Virus record (IMG/VR): IMGVR_UViG_3300043778_000094
Span: 1 to 53,668 of that record
Reading direction: 5' to 3' (one strand)
DNA from: a virus
Lineage: Duplodnaviria; Caudoviricetes
DNA length: 53,668 nt
Within the stretch, counting starts at the first letter, position 1; each line of letters begins with the position of its first letter. A model generated the notes under the pieces. The model did no database searches. It had not been told where the DNA came from and worked only from the letters and a program-made list of their open reading frames with translations. Below are positions 53,542-53,668 of this stretch, piece after piece. The translations under genes were made by a program, and so were the position numbers.

Positions 53542-53668
53542 CCCAACGGTGCGGCTACCGCTCTACGCGGGTCGCAGGGGAAAGGCAAGCGTTTTCAATG
53601 CCGGATTGTTCACCGGAAGCCAGGGCGGAACGTCGGCGGCAGATCGCCGATTTGTGGCGCAGCATCGG
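53542..53668 (+). repeat. Terminal direct repeat, copy 2
   Basis: Identical to 1-127. Confidence 0.95.

Noticed and set aside
53542-53668. 127-bp terminal repeat as a biological direct terminal repeat
   Set aside because: The length equals a common assembly k-mer and the repeat cuts through the gpW-like gene; it is best read as circular overlap.

Overview
Complete circular genome of a temperate tailed phage, about 53,541 bp (positions 1-127 repeat exactly at 53542-53668). The host is almost certainly an alphaproteobacterium, judged from GapR- and SciP-like genes and an attP core matching a tRNA-Asn 3' end. It has a lambda-like head, a Mu-like contractile tail, a GH108 lysis pair, integrase/attP, a leftward recombination operon, a CI/Cro switch, replication and RuvC genes, terminase and a ParB/MTase/ABC-GNAT cluster. 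The stand-out feature is the leftward operon at 46.2-52.5 kb, which is punctuated by seven intact type I hammerhead ribozymes. Each sits 28-43 nt upstream of a start codon and is followed by a hairpin and a conserved (CU)GCAAUGGAG Shine-Dalgarno box. A predicted ~63-nt small RNA on the opposite strand (48425-48487, with its own promoter and terminator) is complementary to that shared box. Together these suggest a ribozyme-processed, sRNA-controlled gene-cassette array for host takeover (SciP-like, beta-clamp-like and KlcB-like cargo). Other oddities are four capsid-decoration paralogues (one fused to a fibre) and two small-terminase paralogues inverted head-to-head with terL. All family assignments come from motif recognition by eye; no searches were run.
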